IMG/VR virus record: IMGVR_UViG_3300005573_000154
Location: 1 to 41,236 of that record
Length of the DNA stretch: 41,236 bases
Direction: 5' to 3' (one strand)
Part shown: in pieces, positions 26,643 through 37,543 of the stretch
Layout: the number at the start of each line of letters is the position of its first letter
Position numbering within the stretch: the first letter of the stretch is position 1
The notes under the pieces: model-generated
Database searches by the model: none
What the model was told of the DNA's origin: nothing
Seen by the model: only the letters and a program-made list of their open reading frames with translations
Program-made: the position numbers and the translations under genes

Positions 26643-26918
26643 ATGGAGACCAAATCCATCCTCATCCCCCCAATTTTTATGCAGATAGACGGCGTCACGG
26701 TAGAGCTAGTTGAGGTCAGCAAGCACTTCCTAGCCCCAGACCAGCCATACTACATAGCCTCAGTAAAGATTATATACAAGGGGATACACAGCCGGGTCTT
26801 CCCAATCTTCGCAAAAGATATAACAGACCTGAAGAACAAGCTCAAGGTGGAAATAAACAAGGTGAAATTCATAGAATACTCATGCGGACTTGAGGAGGTG
26901 AAGAAGCTCATATGCTAG
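26643..26918 (+). CDS. Hypothetical protein
   Basis: GGGGTGA RBS; overlaps the start of the large gene. Confidence 0.75.
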   Translation: METKSILIPPIFMQIDGVTVELVEVSKHFLAPDQPYYIASVKIIYKGIHSRVFPIFAKDITDLKNKLKVEINKVKFIEYSCGLEEVKKLIC

Positions 26919-29900
26919 ACGATGAACCATTCCAGCTAACCCCAGAGGAAATAGAGGCCATAAGCAAGGCGGTAGCAGACGCAATAGCCCAAAACATACA
27001 AACCATCCAAAACACGATAACAAACAACCTACACGTGTATGAAATAATACCCGAAGACAAAATAGAAGAACTAATTGACCTAGACCTAATAGCATCATCA
27101 GTTCATGGCGTAACCGACATACTGGGACAGATCTCAGGCTGGTTCCAAAGCGTAATAGACAACGCAAGAAAACTCATAGTAAGCGGAATACAGGGGTTCA
27201 TAAATACATATGTAATGCCAGCGATAAACACCATAAAAGACTGGTTCTCTAAAACAGTTCCAGAAGTTGGAAGGGCCTTCGGCGACCTCGTAGGAATAAT
27301 ATCGGACAAGATCACGGCCCCATTAAGATCTGTAGCAAACTTCTTCACAGTAGATATACCAAACTACTTTAGAAAAGTAACCGACTTCTTTACAAAGGAT
27401 ATACCCAGCTTCTTCTCAAAGGTAGTAGATTTCTTCACGAGAGACCTACCCGGATACTTCAGCAAGGTAGCCGACTTCTTCACCAGAGAACTACCAAGCC
27501 GATTCAGCACAGTAATAGACTTCTTCACAAAGACGCTACCGCAACACTTCGGGTCAGTAATAGACTTCTTCACAAAAACACTCCCACAACACTTCGGCAT
27601 GGTAGCCGACTTCTTCACAAAGACAATGCCCCAATACTTTGGAACAGTAGTTAACTTTTTCACCAAAACCCTGCCAGACAACTTCAACATAGTAATAAAC
27701 TTCTTCACCAAAACAATTCCACAATACTTCGGCCTCGTAGCCGACTTTTTCACAAAGACAGTCCCACAATATTTTGGCATGGTAGCAGACTTCTTTACCA
27801 AGACAATTCCACAATACTTCGGCATGGTAACTGACTTCTTCACCAACACGGTGCCAAAATACTTTGGACTATTAGCTGACTTCTTTACCAAAACAGTCCC
27901 ACAATACTTTGGAATGGTGGATGATTTCTTCACTAAAACGGTTCCACAATACTTTGGGCTAGTCGTTGATTTCTTTACCAAGACAGTGCCACAATTCTTC
28001 AGCATGGTAATGGATTTCTTCACCAAAACAGTTCCACAATATTTTACCCTCGTAGCAGACTTCTTCACTAAGACGGTTCCGCAATATTTTGGAATGGTAG
28101 CCGACTTCTTTACTAAGATGGTTCCACAATATTTTGGCATGGTGGCGGACTTCTTCACTAAGACAATTCCACAATATTTTGGAATGGTAGCCGACTTCTT
28201 CACCAAAGCAGTTCCACAATACTTTGGAATGGTAGGCGCATTCTTCACCGAAACGTTGCCAAAATGGATAGAGGGAATGAGAAAAGGGGTTACAGACTTC
28301 ATAGACCTGTTAATGAAACTGCCATCAAGAGCGGCTGACATACTCATGACAGTTGGAAAATTCCTATTCGACACAATTATAGATCCCATGATAAAGGGAA
28401 TCAACACATACATCATAGCACCACTCGCAGGCGGCGTAGAAAGAATGTCAGGAATACTCAACAGCGTTGGAGCCGCATTCCAAGGATTCATGAACGCAAT
28501 CCTAAAATTCCCAGAATGGTTCCAGAGAAACCTAGTCGAACCATTCCTATCAGGACTAGGAAAAATAGGTGAATGGATCTGGAATGCACTGCCAGGATGG
28601 GTGAAAGATGCATTAAACGCAATCACGAACTTCTTCACCAAAGACTTGGTAAACTTCTTCACCAAAACCCTGCCAAGCTTCTTCGACACATTATCCAAAG
28701 GGTTCCAAGACTTCATAAAAGACCCACTTGGATGGTTCCAGAGAAACCTAGTTGAACCGCTAGTTGAAGGCCTAAACGCCATCGGGCAATGGATATGGAA
28801 CGCCCTCCCAGACTGGATGAAGAACGCAATAACAGCAATACAAGACTTCTTCACCAAGACAGTTCCAGAATTCTTCAGCTCAATTGCAAAAGGAATACAG
28901 GAATTCTTCAAAGACCCATTAGGATGGCTCAAAACACACCTAGTCGAACCAATAATCCAAGGATTCAATGCCCTGGGACAATGGATTTGGAACGCATTAC
29001 CGGATTGGCTCAAAGAAGGGCTAGAGGCAATAGGAAACGTATTCAAGGCAATAGCAGAAGGTGTAGTAAACTTCTTCAAAGACCCACTGAGAACAATCAT
29101 GAAAGGATTCGAAGCATTATGGAGCGGAATACAATGGCTGGGACAGAAAATCTGGGAAGGCCTACAATGGCTAGGCGGAATAATATTCAAGGGGCTGGTA
29201 ACCGCAGGAGAATGGCTATGGAACGCAATTAAGGGAGGGGTAGAATGGTTCATAAAGGCGCTAACAGACTTCGGGACAACAATCGTCAACACGATAACAG
29301 GCGCAGTAGTAGGGGGGCTAAAGGCAATAGGGGAATCGCTCATAAAAATGACCGTTGACTTCGTGGAATGGCTACTCGGAGCATCACAGAAATGCGCAAC
29401 ACATGTGGGCCCAGCAATAACCGACCTAGCCGTCGCATTAGTTAAGCCATTCGGAGTTATAGTTCCAACACAATTAGGTGCACCACTAGTAGCACTAGTT
29501 GACGAAGTCAAGCTCGCCAAGAACATCTCACAGTCCATAACATCCCTTGGCAAACTAATCGTGCTATGGGGTGGAACCATCGCAACCAGCCAAGCCCTCG
29601 CAACAGGAGCATGGGCGATACTGCACGGCATCGCAACGCCGCTGGACAAGGTGAGGATAGTAACACCATTCAAGATAAAGGCTAAGGCAAAAGGCAAGGG
29701 CAAGTTTCATCCGGCTGGAGTTGGCGCTGAGGGAGGAGCAGAGGGAGGCGCTGAGGCAGGAATATCTGTCCCACTAACGATAAACCTAGGACTATTCATA
29801 AGGCATATTGCCAGCGAGATAAGGAAACACGCCGACACAATAGGAAGATCACTTGCATATGGATTCGGCATATGGATAACCCAGCCGATGGTCAGGCTCG

Positions 29901-32900
29901 CAAGTAGCATATTCAGAAACATGCTAGTCGTTGAGCTACCAACACTAGAAATGATTACCGAATCCATGAGGAGACACATGCCACACGAAAAATTCAAGGA
30001 CATATTGAACAAGTCAAGAGAATACCTAGCCCTCTACGGATACAGCGACACCGTGATACAATGGCTCACCTCAACAGTAGATGAAGAGGGAATGGCAATA
30101 ACCATAACTGACAGATTTGGCAGACCAAGGAAGATCCCAGTATCATTAATGTATAACCTGCCGTCACCATCCGACGTTGCCAGAATGGTTATCAGAGATG
30201 TAATCATAAACATTGACGACCTGAAAAAGATGTTCATGATGAGAGGCATGAGCGAGGACATAGGCATCCTATACTACCTGCTACACTTCAGATACCCGCC
30301 ACCCGAAAGGCTATGGATATTCTACACCAGGGGAATAAGCGGGCTACTATGGGCTAGAATATCAGGAACAGAAGCTAGAGACGTTGAAAGGGATGTTAAG
30401 GCATCTGGAGGATTCCTGCCAAGATCACCAGAAGAACTCAACTTTGAAGCATCAACGTTAGAGAACCTACTAAAGACATACCTAAAGTGGCATGATTTTG
30501 CGAGGTTTGCATATGCAGAAGGATGGCCATCAGACAACCTCATAGTAATGGATACACTTGCAGACATACCGACGAAGATTGATCAGAGATGGCTCGTTAG
30601 GTTTGGGCTATACCAGCTACTGAGCGAGAGGGGAGTCGGATATAAATCAGCCGTAAGCGAATTCTGTGAAAAGGTTGTAGAAAGCGCATCAAAAGGAAAG
30701 GTAATATTAGACCTAACCAACTTCTGCCGGACGCTACAAGCGACAGGCCTGCACCCATACTGGGTTCCAATAACTGCGGTAGCTGAGACGATAAACGCCA
30801 TAACGGATGAGAGAACGCTCCTGAGAACCGGCGTAATGAGCCTATATAAGGAGGGATTCCTCGACAGCTCCGCTGTATCAAGGCTTGGCCAGGGGATAGT
30901 GATGACATCATTCAACGTGGCATACTTTGACCCAGTATCAAACACGTGGAAGACCGGATACATAAACGTCCCGCTAAGATACCTTGGAATGGAGGCCCAG
31001 CTAATAGGCCTAAGGGCCATAATGGACAGGGCCCTAGACATCCTAAGAGACATACAGAGAGATGCACTAACAGCATACCAGGAATTCATAATAACGGATG
31101 AAAGCGAATTCAAGTCAAAGCTATCAAACATAATAAACAGCATAAACTCAATCTACGAACAGGAATACACCAAGATAATCGGAGAATCGCCGCCAGAGGA
31201 TCTAAAGCTCAAATACGTTGAAAGCTACTACTCAGCATACCTCAAATCCCTAGAGATTTGGAGAGAGGTATTCACCACAAGAAGGATCAGGATGTGGACT
31301 CAGAGATGGCTAGGATGGGTCATGTATAGGGCCGCATACGGAACAGTAACAAAGGAAGACATACAGAAACTCGTATCACTAATGGGAGACTACGCAAAGC
31401 TAACCGAAAAAGAAGTCCAATTCATACAAGAAGTCCTAAACATAATGTATGGCATGGCAAGGAGGGAGGTGGCGGCTGAATACCTGCCAACGCCATCAAC
31501 AATGGCCACGCTAAGCGAATACCTGACACTAGACACAGGCCTAGTCAAGAAAATACTAACGGAGAGGGGAATACCAGAAGAATGGCAGAACATATGGCTG
31601 AGATACATATCGGTAAAGCCGATCAAATCAGATGCAAAATCACTGCTATCAGCACATGTAAGAGCATTCAGATACGGGGCAATAACAAGGGAAGCCCTAG
31701 ACGCATTCATATCAACCCTGCCACAATACGGCTTCACGGATAAGGAGATAGACATCGTAAGGAGAATCGCAGAACTGGAGGAGATGATACTTGAAGCCCG
31801 TGAAAACAGGCGTGAATACATACCAACACCATCAATGCTGGCAACACTATCAGAGTATGTAGCCCTAGACCCAAGCATGATTCAAAAGGTATTTGATGCC
31901 AGAAATGTTCCACCAGAATGGAGGGCAATATGGTCTCAATACATATCAGTCAGGCCGATAGCGGATGATGTTAAGGCATTGCTATCAACATACAGGCGTG
32001 TATTACTATACGTCAAGATACCCGACGAAATAGCCAAACAGGTGCTAGAATACGCCAAGCTGATAGGGTTTACTGACAGAGAGCTAGCAATACTAGACCT
32101 GAGAAACAGGCTAGAGGAAATGCTCATAGAATACAGGGAGAACAGGAGAGAATACATACCAACACCATCAATGCTTGCAACAATGTCAGAATACATGACA
32201 ATACCAGCAGATCTAATACAAAAGGTGTTCGAAGCAAGGCATGTTCCACCTGAATGGCAGACAATATGGATGCAGTATATCAACATCAGGCCGATAGTTG
32301 ATGATGTAAGAGGCTTATTATCCTCATACCGGAGAGCCCTGATATACGTCACGCTACCGGATGACATAAAGAAGAAGGTGGAATCCTACGCCAACACAAT
32401 AGGCTTCACCCAGACGGAATGGGACATACTGACACTAAGAGTAACCCTTGAGGAACTGATACTAGAGGCCAGGGAGAATAGGCGTGAATACATACCAACA
32501 CCAATGACATTGGCAACACTATGCGAATACCTCCCAGAGGCCAGAGAGTTCTTTGACGACGTCGTAAAGGCTAGGAGGATACCAACTGAATGGCAGAAGC
32601 TATGGGCCAAATACATAGACCTCAGGCCGCTTATTGACGACATAAAGAGATACCTGTCAAGGGCAGAACAACTATACGTCAGATTCATGATAAAGAAGGA
32701 CGACTTCATGAAGGTTCTAAACGAGGTTGCCAAGAACCTAGGATACACGACAACCGAGGTTGACTTCCTGCTAAAGGTAACAGAATTCGAGAGATACGCC
32801 AACGCATGGAGAGAGCTAATAGGAACCGTTGACAGGCTAGTAGAGCTCAGCGAATATAGCCCAAGAGCATCAAAATACGCCCTAGGAAAGGTCTATGAGA

Positions 32901-33178
32901 TGATAGACGCCCTCCCACTCCCACAGGCAGACAAACAGGAGCTAAAGGCCATGTGGGAGGAATACATCAAGAATAGGCCGGTCAAATCAGAGGCAAGGCT
33001 ATACATCACACAGCTATCAAACGCCTATGCAGAAGGCCTGATAAGCGATGCGGACTTCTCCAGAGAACTAGAATCAATGAAGCAATGGGGATTCTCCGAC
33101 AACGAGATAATGTTCTATAAAGCAAGGGCCGCACTCATGAAGGCAAGAAAGCTCAAGCTACCGCTAATGTGGGAGTAG
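26912..33178 (+). CDS. Large (2088 aa) repeat-rich structural protein, probably terminal structure/fibre
   Basis: 21 x 15-aa repeats (VADFFTKTVPQYFGM), Trp-rich amphipathic repeats, and four 112-aa C-terminal repeats (EYIPTPSMLATLSEY). Confidence 0.8.
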   Translation: MLDDEPFQLTPEEIEAISKAVADAIAQNIQTIQNTITNNLHVYEIIPEDKIEELIDLDLIASSVHGVTDILGQISGWFQSVIDNARKLIVSGIQGFINTYVMPAINTIKDWFSKTVPEVGRAFGDLVGIISDKITAPLRSVANFFTVDIPNYFRKVTDFFTKDIPSFFSKVVDFFTRDLPGYFSKVADFFTRELPSRFSTVIDFFTKTLPQHFGSVIDFFTKTLPQHFGMVADFFTKTMPQYFGTVVNFFTKTLPDNFNIVINFFTKTIPQYFGLVADFFTKTVPQYFGMVADFFTKTIPQYFGMVTDFFTNTVPKYFGLLADFFTKTVPQYFGMVDDFFTKTVPQYFGLVVDFFTKTVPQFFSMVMDFFTKTVPQYFTLVADFFTKTVPQYFGMVADFFTKMVPQYFGMVADFFTKTIPQYFGMVADFFTKAVPQYFGMVGAFFTETLPKWIEGMRKGVTDFIDLLMKLPSRAADILMTVGKFLFDTIIDPMIKGINTYIIAPLAGGVERMSGILNSVGAAFQGFMNAILKFPEWFQRNLVEPFLSGLGKIGEWIWNALPGWVKDALNAITNFFTKDLVNFFTKTLPSFFDTLSKGFQDFIKDPLGWFQRNLVEPLVEGLNAIGQWIWNALPDWMKNAITAIQDFFTKTVPEFFSSIAKGIQEFFKDPLGWLKTHLVEPIIQGFNALGQWIWNALPDWLKEGLEAIGNVFKAIAEGVVNFFKDPLRTIMKGFEALWSGIQWLGQKIWEGLQWLGGIIFKGLVTAGEWLWNAIKGGVEWFIKALTDFGTTIVNTITGAVVGGLKAIGESLIKMTVDFVEWLLGASQKCATHVGPAITDLAVALVKPFGVIVPTQLGAPLVALVDEVKLAKNISQSITSLGKLIVLWGGTIATSQALATGAWAILHGIATPLDKVRIVTPFKIKAKAKGKGKFHPAGVGAEGGAEGGAEAGISVPLTINLGLFIRHIASEIRKHADTIGRSLAYGFGIWITQPMVRLASSIFRNMLVVELPTLEMITESMRRHMPHEKFKDILNKSREYLALYGYSDTVIQWLTSTVDEEGMAITITDRFGRPRKIPVSLMYNLPSPSDVARMVIRDVIINIDDLKKMFMMRGMSEDIGILYYLLHFRYPPPERLWIFYTRGISGLLWARISGTEARDVERDVKASGGFLPRSPEELNFEASTLENLLKTYLKWHDFARFAYAEGWPSDNLIVMDTLADIPTKIDQRWLVRFGLYQLLSERGVGYKSAVSEFCEKVVESASKGKVILDLTNFCRTLQATGLHPYWVPITAVAETINAITDERTLLRTGVMSLYKEGFLDSSAVSRLGQGIVMTSFNVAYFDPVSNTWKTGYINVPLRYLGMEAQLIGLRAIMDRALDILRDIQRDALTAYQEFIITDESEFKSKLSNIINSINSIYEQEYTKIIGESPPEDLKLKYVESYYSAYLKSLEIWREVFTTRRIRMWTQRWLGWVMYRAAYGTVTKEDIQKLVSLMGDYAKLTEKEVQFIQEVLNIMYGMARREVAAEYLPTPSTMATLSEYLTLDTGLVKKILTERGIPEEWQNIWLRYISVKPIKSDAKSLLSAHVRAFRYGAITREALDAFISTLPQYGFTDKEIDIVRRIAELEEMILEARENRREYIPTPSMLATLSEYVALDPSMIQKVFDARNVPPEWRAIWSQYISVRPIADDVKALLSTYRRVLLYVKIPDEIAKQVLEYAKLIGFTDRELAILDLRNRLEEMLIEYRENRREYIPTPSMLATMSEYMTIPADLIQKVFEARHVPPEWQTIWMQYINIRPIVDDVRGLLSSYRRALIYVTLPDDIKKKVESYANTIGFTQTEWDILTLRVTLEELILEARENRREYIPTPMTLATLCEYLPEAREFFDDVVKARRIPTEWQKLWAKYIDLRPLIDDIKRYLSRAEQLYVRFMIKKDDFMKVLNEVAKNLGYTTTEVDFLLKVTEFERYANAWRELIGTVDRLVELSEYSPRASKYALGKVYEMIDALPLPQADKQELKAMWEEYIKNRPVKSEARLYITQLSNAYAEGLISDADFSRELESMKQWGFSDNEIMFYKARAALMKARKLKLPLMWE
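27332..28276 (+). repeat. 45-bp (15-aa) coding tandem repeat, 21 copies
   Basis: GACTTCTTCACCAA-type units every 45 nt. Confidence 0.9.
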
Positions 33179-33190
33179 GGGTGACAAAAA

Positions 33191-33514
33191 ATGAGCAAAT
33201 GGTCATTAACCTATAAAGGGATTGAGCCAGTCTTCCCAGAGGAATGGAACACCATAATAGACGCCCTAGACTACTTGGACAAAAAGGTGGTAGGCGGGCT
33301 TGCAACATTCATGGGGGACGGAGCGACAATAACCTTCAGCATAGGACACGGCATAGGGGCAAAACCGGTAACAGCAATGGTTGTAAAAGGTGCATCAGGG
33401 CTACCTGACATAGACTATATAACCGTTGACGAATCCTCGATAAACGTGACGTTCAAGACACCGCCAGCAGACGGCGCAAACGTGGCCATATGGTGGCTCG
33501 CAGTAAAACCGTGA
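33191..33514 (+). CDS. Small structural/fibre-associated protein
   Basis: EEWNTIIDAL, then beta-rich GDG...HGIGAKP...VTF.TPP. Confidence 0.7.
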   Translation: MSKWSLTYKGIEPVFPEEWNTIIDALDYLDKKVVGGLATFMGDGATITFSIGHGIGAKPVTAMVVKGASGLPDIDYITVDESSINVTFKTPPADGANVAIWWLAVKP

Positions 33515-33519
33515 TCCCA

Positions 33520-34137
33520 TCAAACATTCCTATCAATTTCACGCATGGCAACCTCGATAACCTTCAGCGTATCAATGACCAGATTATGATCCTTGGTTAG
33601 CACGAAGTCGCCGAAAGCAACCTTACGCATCATCCCAGCCCTAGTCTCAGCCATAGCAATCCAATACTCGACATTAGACAAAGTCCTCCCAGTCTTAGCC
33701 TTAAAAAGCTCATAAAGGTGCTTCAGAAGATCTAGGGACTTACACGTGTAATCAACCGGCAAATTAGTATCCTGAGACAAGACATAATCCCCATCACTAA
33801 CATACCTCATCTGGCCGACATAGCCCTCAAGATCCGAGATAAGGCTATTGGCATAGTCGTCCCCGATCTTGGATGAAACGGCCTTAAACAGGTCTATCAT
33901 ATTCCTGCACGCATCAACCTTGGTATTATTATCCTCGGCCACTATCACGTCCCATATGGCCACAAGCTCCGGGGTAAATGAATAGACCCGCCTAACCTCA
34001 ACCCCGGCAAGAGTATATCTAACCTTGGCCTCAACATCATTAAACTTGAAAGAATCAACAACACCCATACTCGCCCCCATCCCGGTAAAGCCCTCGTCCA
34101 AGAACTTATCCATAACCTCTACAACATAGTTCGCCAT
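33520..34137 (-). CDS. Hypothetical protein with internal repeat
   Basis: MRYVSDGDYVLSQDTNL / MRKVAFGDFVLTKDHNL; start placed at MANY. Confidence 0.7.
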   Translation of the reverse strand: MANYVVEVMDKFLDEGFTGMGASMGVVDSFKFNDVEAKVRYTLAGVEVRRVYSFTPELVAIWDVIVAEDNNTKVDACRNMIDLFKAVSSKIGDDYANSLISDLEGYVGQMRYVSDGDYVLSQDTNLPVDYTCKSLDLLKHLYELFKAKTGRTLSNVEYWIAMAETRAGMMRKVAFGDFVLTKDHNLVIDTLKVIEVAMREIDRNV

Positions 34138-34191
34138 CACCAAAACAGCCATCAACACATATATATAAACCATCTAACACACCTAATCACG

Positions 34192-34773
34192 ATGTCCCAC
34201 ACAAGCCATGAAAAGCCCGACACAGCAAAACTGAGTGGATGGGTTGAGGCCATAGTCAGGGACAAGGACGGAAACATAAAATACCATATAAACACGCTTG
34301 AAGAAGGCGAAAAAGAAGAGGAAGAAGAAGGAGACTGCGCCATCTCAATATTCCCAGCATCACAATCAGTGACATTCTACTGGAGGAGAAACGTAATAAC
34401 AAACGTAGGATTTGCGGCGGTCATACGGCTAATATTCGAAGGCTTAACAGAGACGAAATTCGGCTACCTAGCAATCGGGACTGGAACAACAGTGGAAGCC
34501 GTAACGGATACAAAGCTGGAGAATGAGATAGCGAGAAAAAGCGCCACAACCACGCAATCAACCCTAAACATAACAGGAGACCTAGCAATAGTTGAAGCAA
34601 CATTCTCAAAGGATGACGGCCTATCAGGGACACACAATGTCTCAGAGGTAGGAATATTCAACGCCCCGACAGGAGGCATACTACTAGCACGAAAAGTATT
34701 CGCACCAATACCAATAAACTGGGACATAGGAGACACCATAACCATGAGATACTTCATAAACATAACAAGATAA
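34192..34773 (+). CDS. Tail-fibre/baseplate-anchor-like beta protein (paralog of 37055-37543)
   Basis: NVITNVG...FGYLAIGTGTT...DTKLENEIARK...SEVGIFNAPTGGILLARKVF. Confidence 0.75.
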   Translation: MSHTSHEKPDTAKLSGWVEAIVRDKDGNIKYHINTLEEGEKEEEEEGDCAISIFPASQSVTFYWRRNVITNVGFAAVIRLIFEGLTETKFGYLAIGTGTTVEAVTDTKLENEIARKSATTTQSTLNITGDLAIVEATFSKDDGLSGTHNVSEVGIFNAPTGGILLARKVFAPIPINWDIGDTITMRYFINITR

Positions 34774-34783
34774 AGGTGAGATA

Positions 34784-35152
34784 ATGCCGGTTCGAATAAG
34801 GGAGAAAAAACGATTCAAGGGAACGGCAACCCCAACGGAACTAAACCGTGAGACAACAGTAATAGACCTGCCAAACCAGGCAGACGACTTCATCCTAGAA
34901 GGTCAAATAAGCCTCCAGAACATGCAGTCAGGGGATACGGTAATATTAAAGTTCTACATAGCAGTAGATGGTGAAAACCAAGTGTTAAGCGACAATGTAA
35001 TGTTCATGGGCGCACAGGCCATACCAGTCGTAAGAATACCATCAATAACCCTAGCATACGACTCAAAGCCGAAGCTAACCCTAACACAGACAACTGGAGT
35101 CATCAGATCATATCCATACAGTATAATAATCCAGGTAATGGAGGTGATCTGA
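34784..35152 (+). CDS. Beta-sandwich structural protein
   Basis: Similar to the C-terminal domain of 38273-39031 (G.I.L..M..GDTV...Y;  L.QTTG..RSY.Y). Confidence 0.7.
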   Translation: MPVRIREKKRFKGTATPTELNRETTVIDLPNQADDFILEGQISLQNMQSGDTVILKFYIAVDGENQVLSDNVMFMGAQAIPVVRIPSITLAYDSKPKLTLTQTTGVIRSYPYSIIIQVMEVI

Positions 35153-35155
35153 GAC

Positions 35156-36805
35156 ATGAGCCTATGGCATCCCATGAGGCTTAGATGGACGGTAAAGCTA
35201 TCAGAACTAGAAATAGACACAAGCAAGGACTGGAGAGGCTATGTAATAAAAAACCTCGGAGCACCAACAGACCCATACGACTCAGCAAGAAAAATAGACC
35301 TAGACACCCTAGAAATACCCTGGAATAGAGTAACAGATAAGCCGGAAAAATATCCACCAGAATCACACGGGTCAAGTCATGGAGCAGATCCAAATTATCC
35401 AACCTCGGGAGCAAGCGATCCAATAACCGGGTGGATCTATCCAAGCCACATAGGCCCAAGATCAACGGACTATACCACGCCGGTGCGCATGTGGTTCTGG
35501 ACAAGGGACTACACCGGACAAAACACGCTAAACAACATACTATCACCAATGGACTCTGGAGCCGGTAAACTTGGAGACAGCAGTTACCCCTGGGGAGAAA
35601 CATGGACTAGATCACTCTACACGGATAACATAAGGCCGGTAGCAAGCGGCAGTGGAGGAAACATCGGCGCATCAGACAATTACTACTACTCAGCATACAT
35701 ATACAACATCTACACGAGATACATTGACTGCGGAACACCAATATCAGGAGTGCCATCAAGCGAAATACATGCCGACTATATATACAACAAGTCAGGAGAC
35801 GGATACGGATACCTCGGATCATCAAGTCAAAGATGGGGCTACGCCTACATCGTAAACCTATACGCCAACTATCTAAACGGCTGGAACCCAGACGCCCATA
35901 GGAGCCGACATGAAAGCGGTGGAGCTGATGCCATAACCGGCTGGATAAGCCCATCATATATAGGGCCGAGATCTGATACCGCATCATCTACAATATTTAG
36001 AACTGATAACATTGCTGGCACTAGCGGAGTTAACCACAAGTTCCGCCCATCACGGGATACGTTTGGATACTTGGGTGATACAAGCTACCGTTGGAACTTC
36101 CTATACACATATTATTCATATATGTGGGAGCTACGTTTCAGGGGAAGCGGGTATGCATACTTCCCAGCCGACACCAATACGGATTGCTATATAGAGCCCA
36201 TGTCGGATGCACGTAGCTTTGTCGGCACATCCAGCTATCGTTTTTACCAAGTTAGAGCAGTTTACATAACCTCTGGGGATCTATGCTTTGAGGATCGGTA
36301 TTGCGCCGTTTGTGGTAAGAAGTTTAAAGTCGGAGACTCCATCACGCTTAAAGTTATAGCCGTAGATGATGATGAATGCAGAATAAGGACGATACCAGTT
36401 CACGTTGAGTGCAACCCCCATAACCCTAACCCAGACCTCCTCAAATTACACGAGGAGATGTTGAAGCCTAACAGGGGTAATCTACCGGAAGAGTTCAGGC
36501 CAAAGGCTAAGCCTTTCGGCAATCCCGAACCCTTAAAAGAGGGAGAATTTGAAGTTGTAAGCGTCACGGTTGAGGATGAAAACACAGCCATGTTCAACGT
36601 AATAATGTGGGATGGGACACCCCTCAGCATACCAGCGCCAACAAATATATCGGATGAAGATCTAAACAAACTAGTCCAAGAATATTACGAAATGAAGAAA
36701 CAATTTGAAAGGGAGCTTGAGGAGAGGAGGAAGAAAGGCCAAGCTAGGTTAAATAGGGACTGGCGTGGCTACAAGGGGAAGATACCAGCCGGAAAACCCT
36801 CATAA
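35156..36805 (+). CDS. Fibre/adhesin-like protein with internal repeats
   Basis: Duplicated DPITGWIYPSHIGPRS / DAITGWISPSYIGPRS; repeated G.LG.SS..W..Y units; HRSRHESGGAD motif; C-terminal CAVC...H..C. Confidence 0.75.
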   Translation: MSLWHPMRLRWTVKLSELEIDTSKDWRGYVIKNLGAPTDPYDSARKIDLDTLEIPWNRVTDKPEKYPPESHGSSHGADPNYPTSGASDPITGWIYPSHIGPRSTDYTTPVRMWFWTRDYTGQNTLNNILSPMDSGAGKLGDSSYPWGETWTRSLYTDNIRPVASGSGGNIGASDNYYYSAYIYNIYTRYIDCGTPISGVPSSEIHADYIYNKSGDGYGYLGSSSQRWGYAYIVNLYANYLNGWNPDAHRSRHESGGADAITGWISPSYIGPRSDTASSTIFRTDNIAGTSGVNHKFRPSRDTFGYLGDTSYRWNFLYTYYSYMWELRFRGSGYAYFPADTNTDCYIEPMSDARSFVGTSSYRFYQVRAVYITSGDLCFEDRYCAVCGKKFKVGDSITLKVIAVDDDECRIRTIPVHVECNPHNPNPDLLKLHEEMLKPNRGNLPEEFRPKAKPFGNPEPLKEGEFEVVSVTVEDENTAMFNVIMWDGTPLSIPAPTNISDEDLNKLVQEYYEMKKQFERELEERRKKGQARLNRDWRGYKGKIPAGKPS

Positions 36806-36847
36806 ACAAGCTTTTATACCAGCAAATACCCATAGCATCAGGGAAGC

Positions 36848-37030
36848 ATGATCTGCCCATTCATAGGGGTATGTAGGTTAAAGGTCTCGATAGAGCACTA
36901 CTCGAATGTATGCTCCAACCTGTCAAAGGACGCATACAAGGGATGCGACGAGTATAAGCGGCTATCCGCAGAGCCGAGAACACCATCAGAATGGGGAAGA
37001 CTGCTAACAATAACACCACCGCCACCATAA
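36848..37030 (+). CDS. Small Cys-rich protein
   Basis: CPFIGVC...C...C. Confidence 0.6.
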   Translation: MICPFIGVCRLKVSIEHYSNVCSNLSKDAYKGCDEYKRLSAEPRTPSEWGRLLTITPPPP

Positions 37031-37054
37031 AAGTGAAACACCCAGTGAACGGAA

Positions 37055-37543
37055 ATGCACGACAAAAGCAGGGTCAAGGGATGGATAGAGGTGATAATAA
37101 CCGACAGACACGGAAACATCAAGTATCACATCGGATCTACACGTGTAAGACAACTATCAAACATCATCACCAACGTGGGGCTGGCCGCACTAGTAAGGCT
37201 CATGGGAAGCGGCCTAACCGAGTCAAAATTCGGCTACATAGCCATAGGAACGGGAACAACCCCGGAATCCGAGACAGACACAGCCCTAGAAAACGAGATA
37301 AAGAGAAAAGCCGCAACCATAAGACAGGTAACAACAACAATAGACGGGGACACATGCCTCTTCGAAGCAATCTTCTCAAGAATAGACGGTCTAACAGGCT
37401 CGCACAACATATCAGAAATAGGCATATTCAACGCCCCGACAGGGGGAATACTACTAGCACGGAGAACCTTCCTACCAGCACCAGTAAACTGGGACGCAGA
37501 AGAACAGGTAACAGCACGATACTGGATACAATTCACACGGTAG
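37055..37543 (+). CDS. Tail-fibre/baseplate-anchor-like protein (paralog of 34192-34773)
   Basis: High identity to 34192-34773 but lacking its acidic insertion. Confidence 0.8.
   Translation: MHDKSRVKGWIEVIITDRHGNIKYHIGSTRVRQLSNIITNVGLAALVRLMGSGLTESKFGYIAIGTGTTPESETDTALENEIKRKAATIRQVTTTIDGDTCLFEAIFSRIDGLTGSHNISEIGIFNAPTGGILLARRTFLPAPVNWDAEEQVTARYWIQFTR

Noticed and set aside
27364-29703. 779-aa antisense ORF and other antisense ORFs across 27-33 kb
   Set aside because: Shadow of the repeat-rich, codon-biased 2088-aa gene; no independent protein features.
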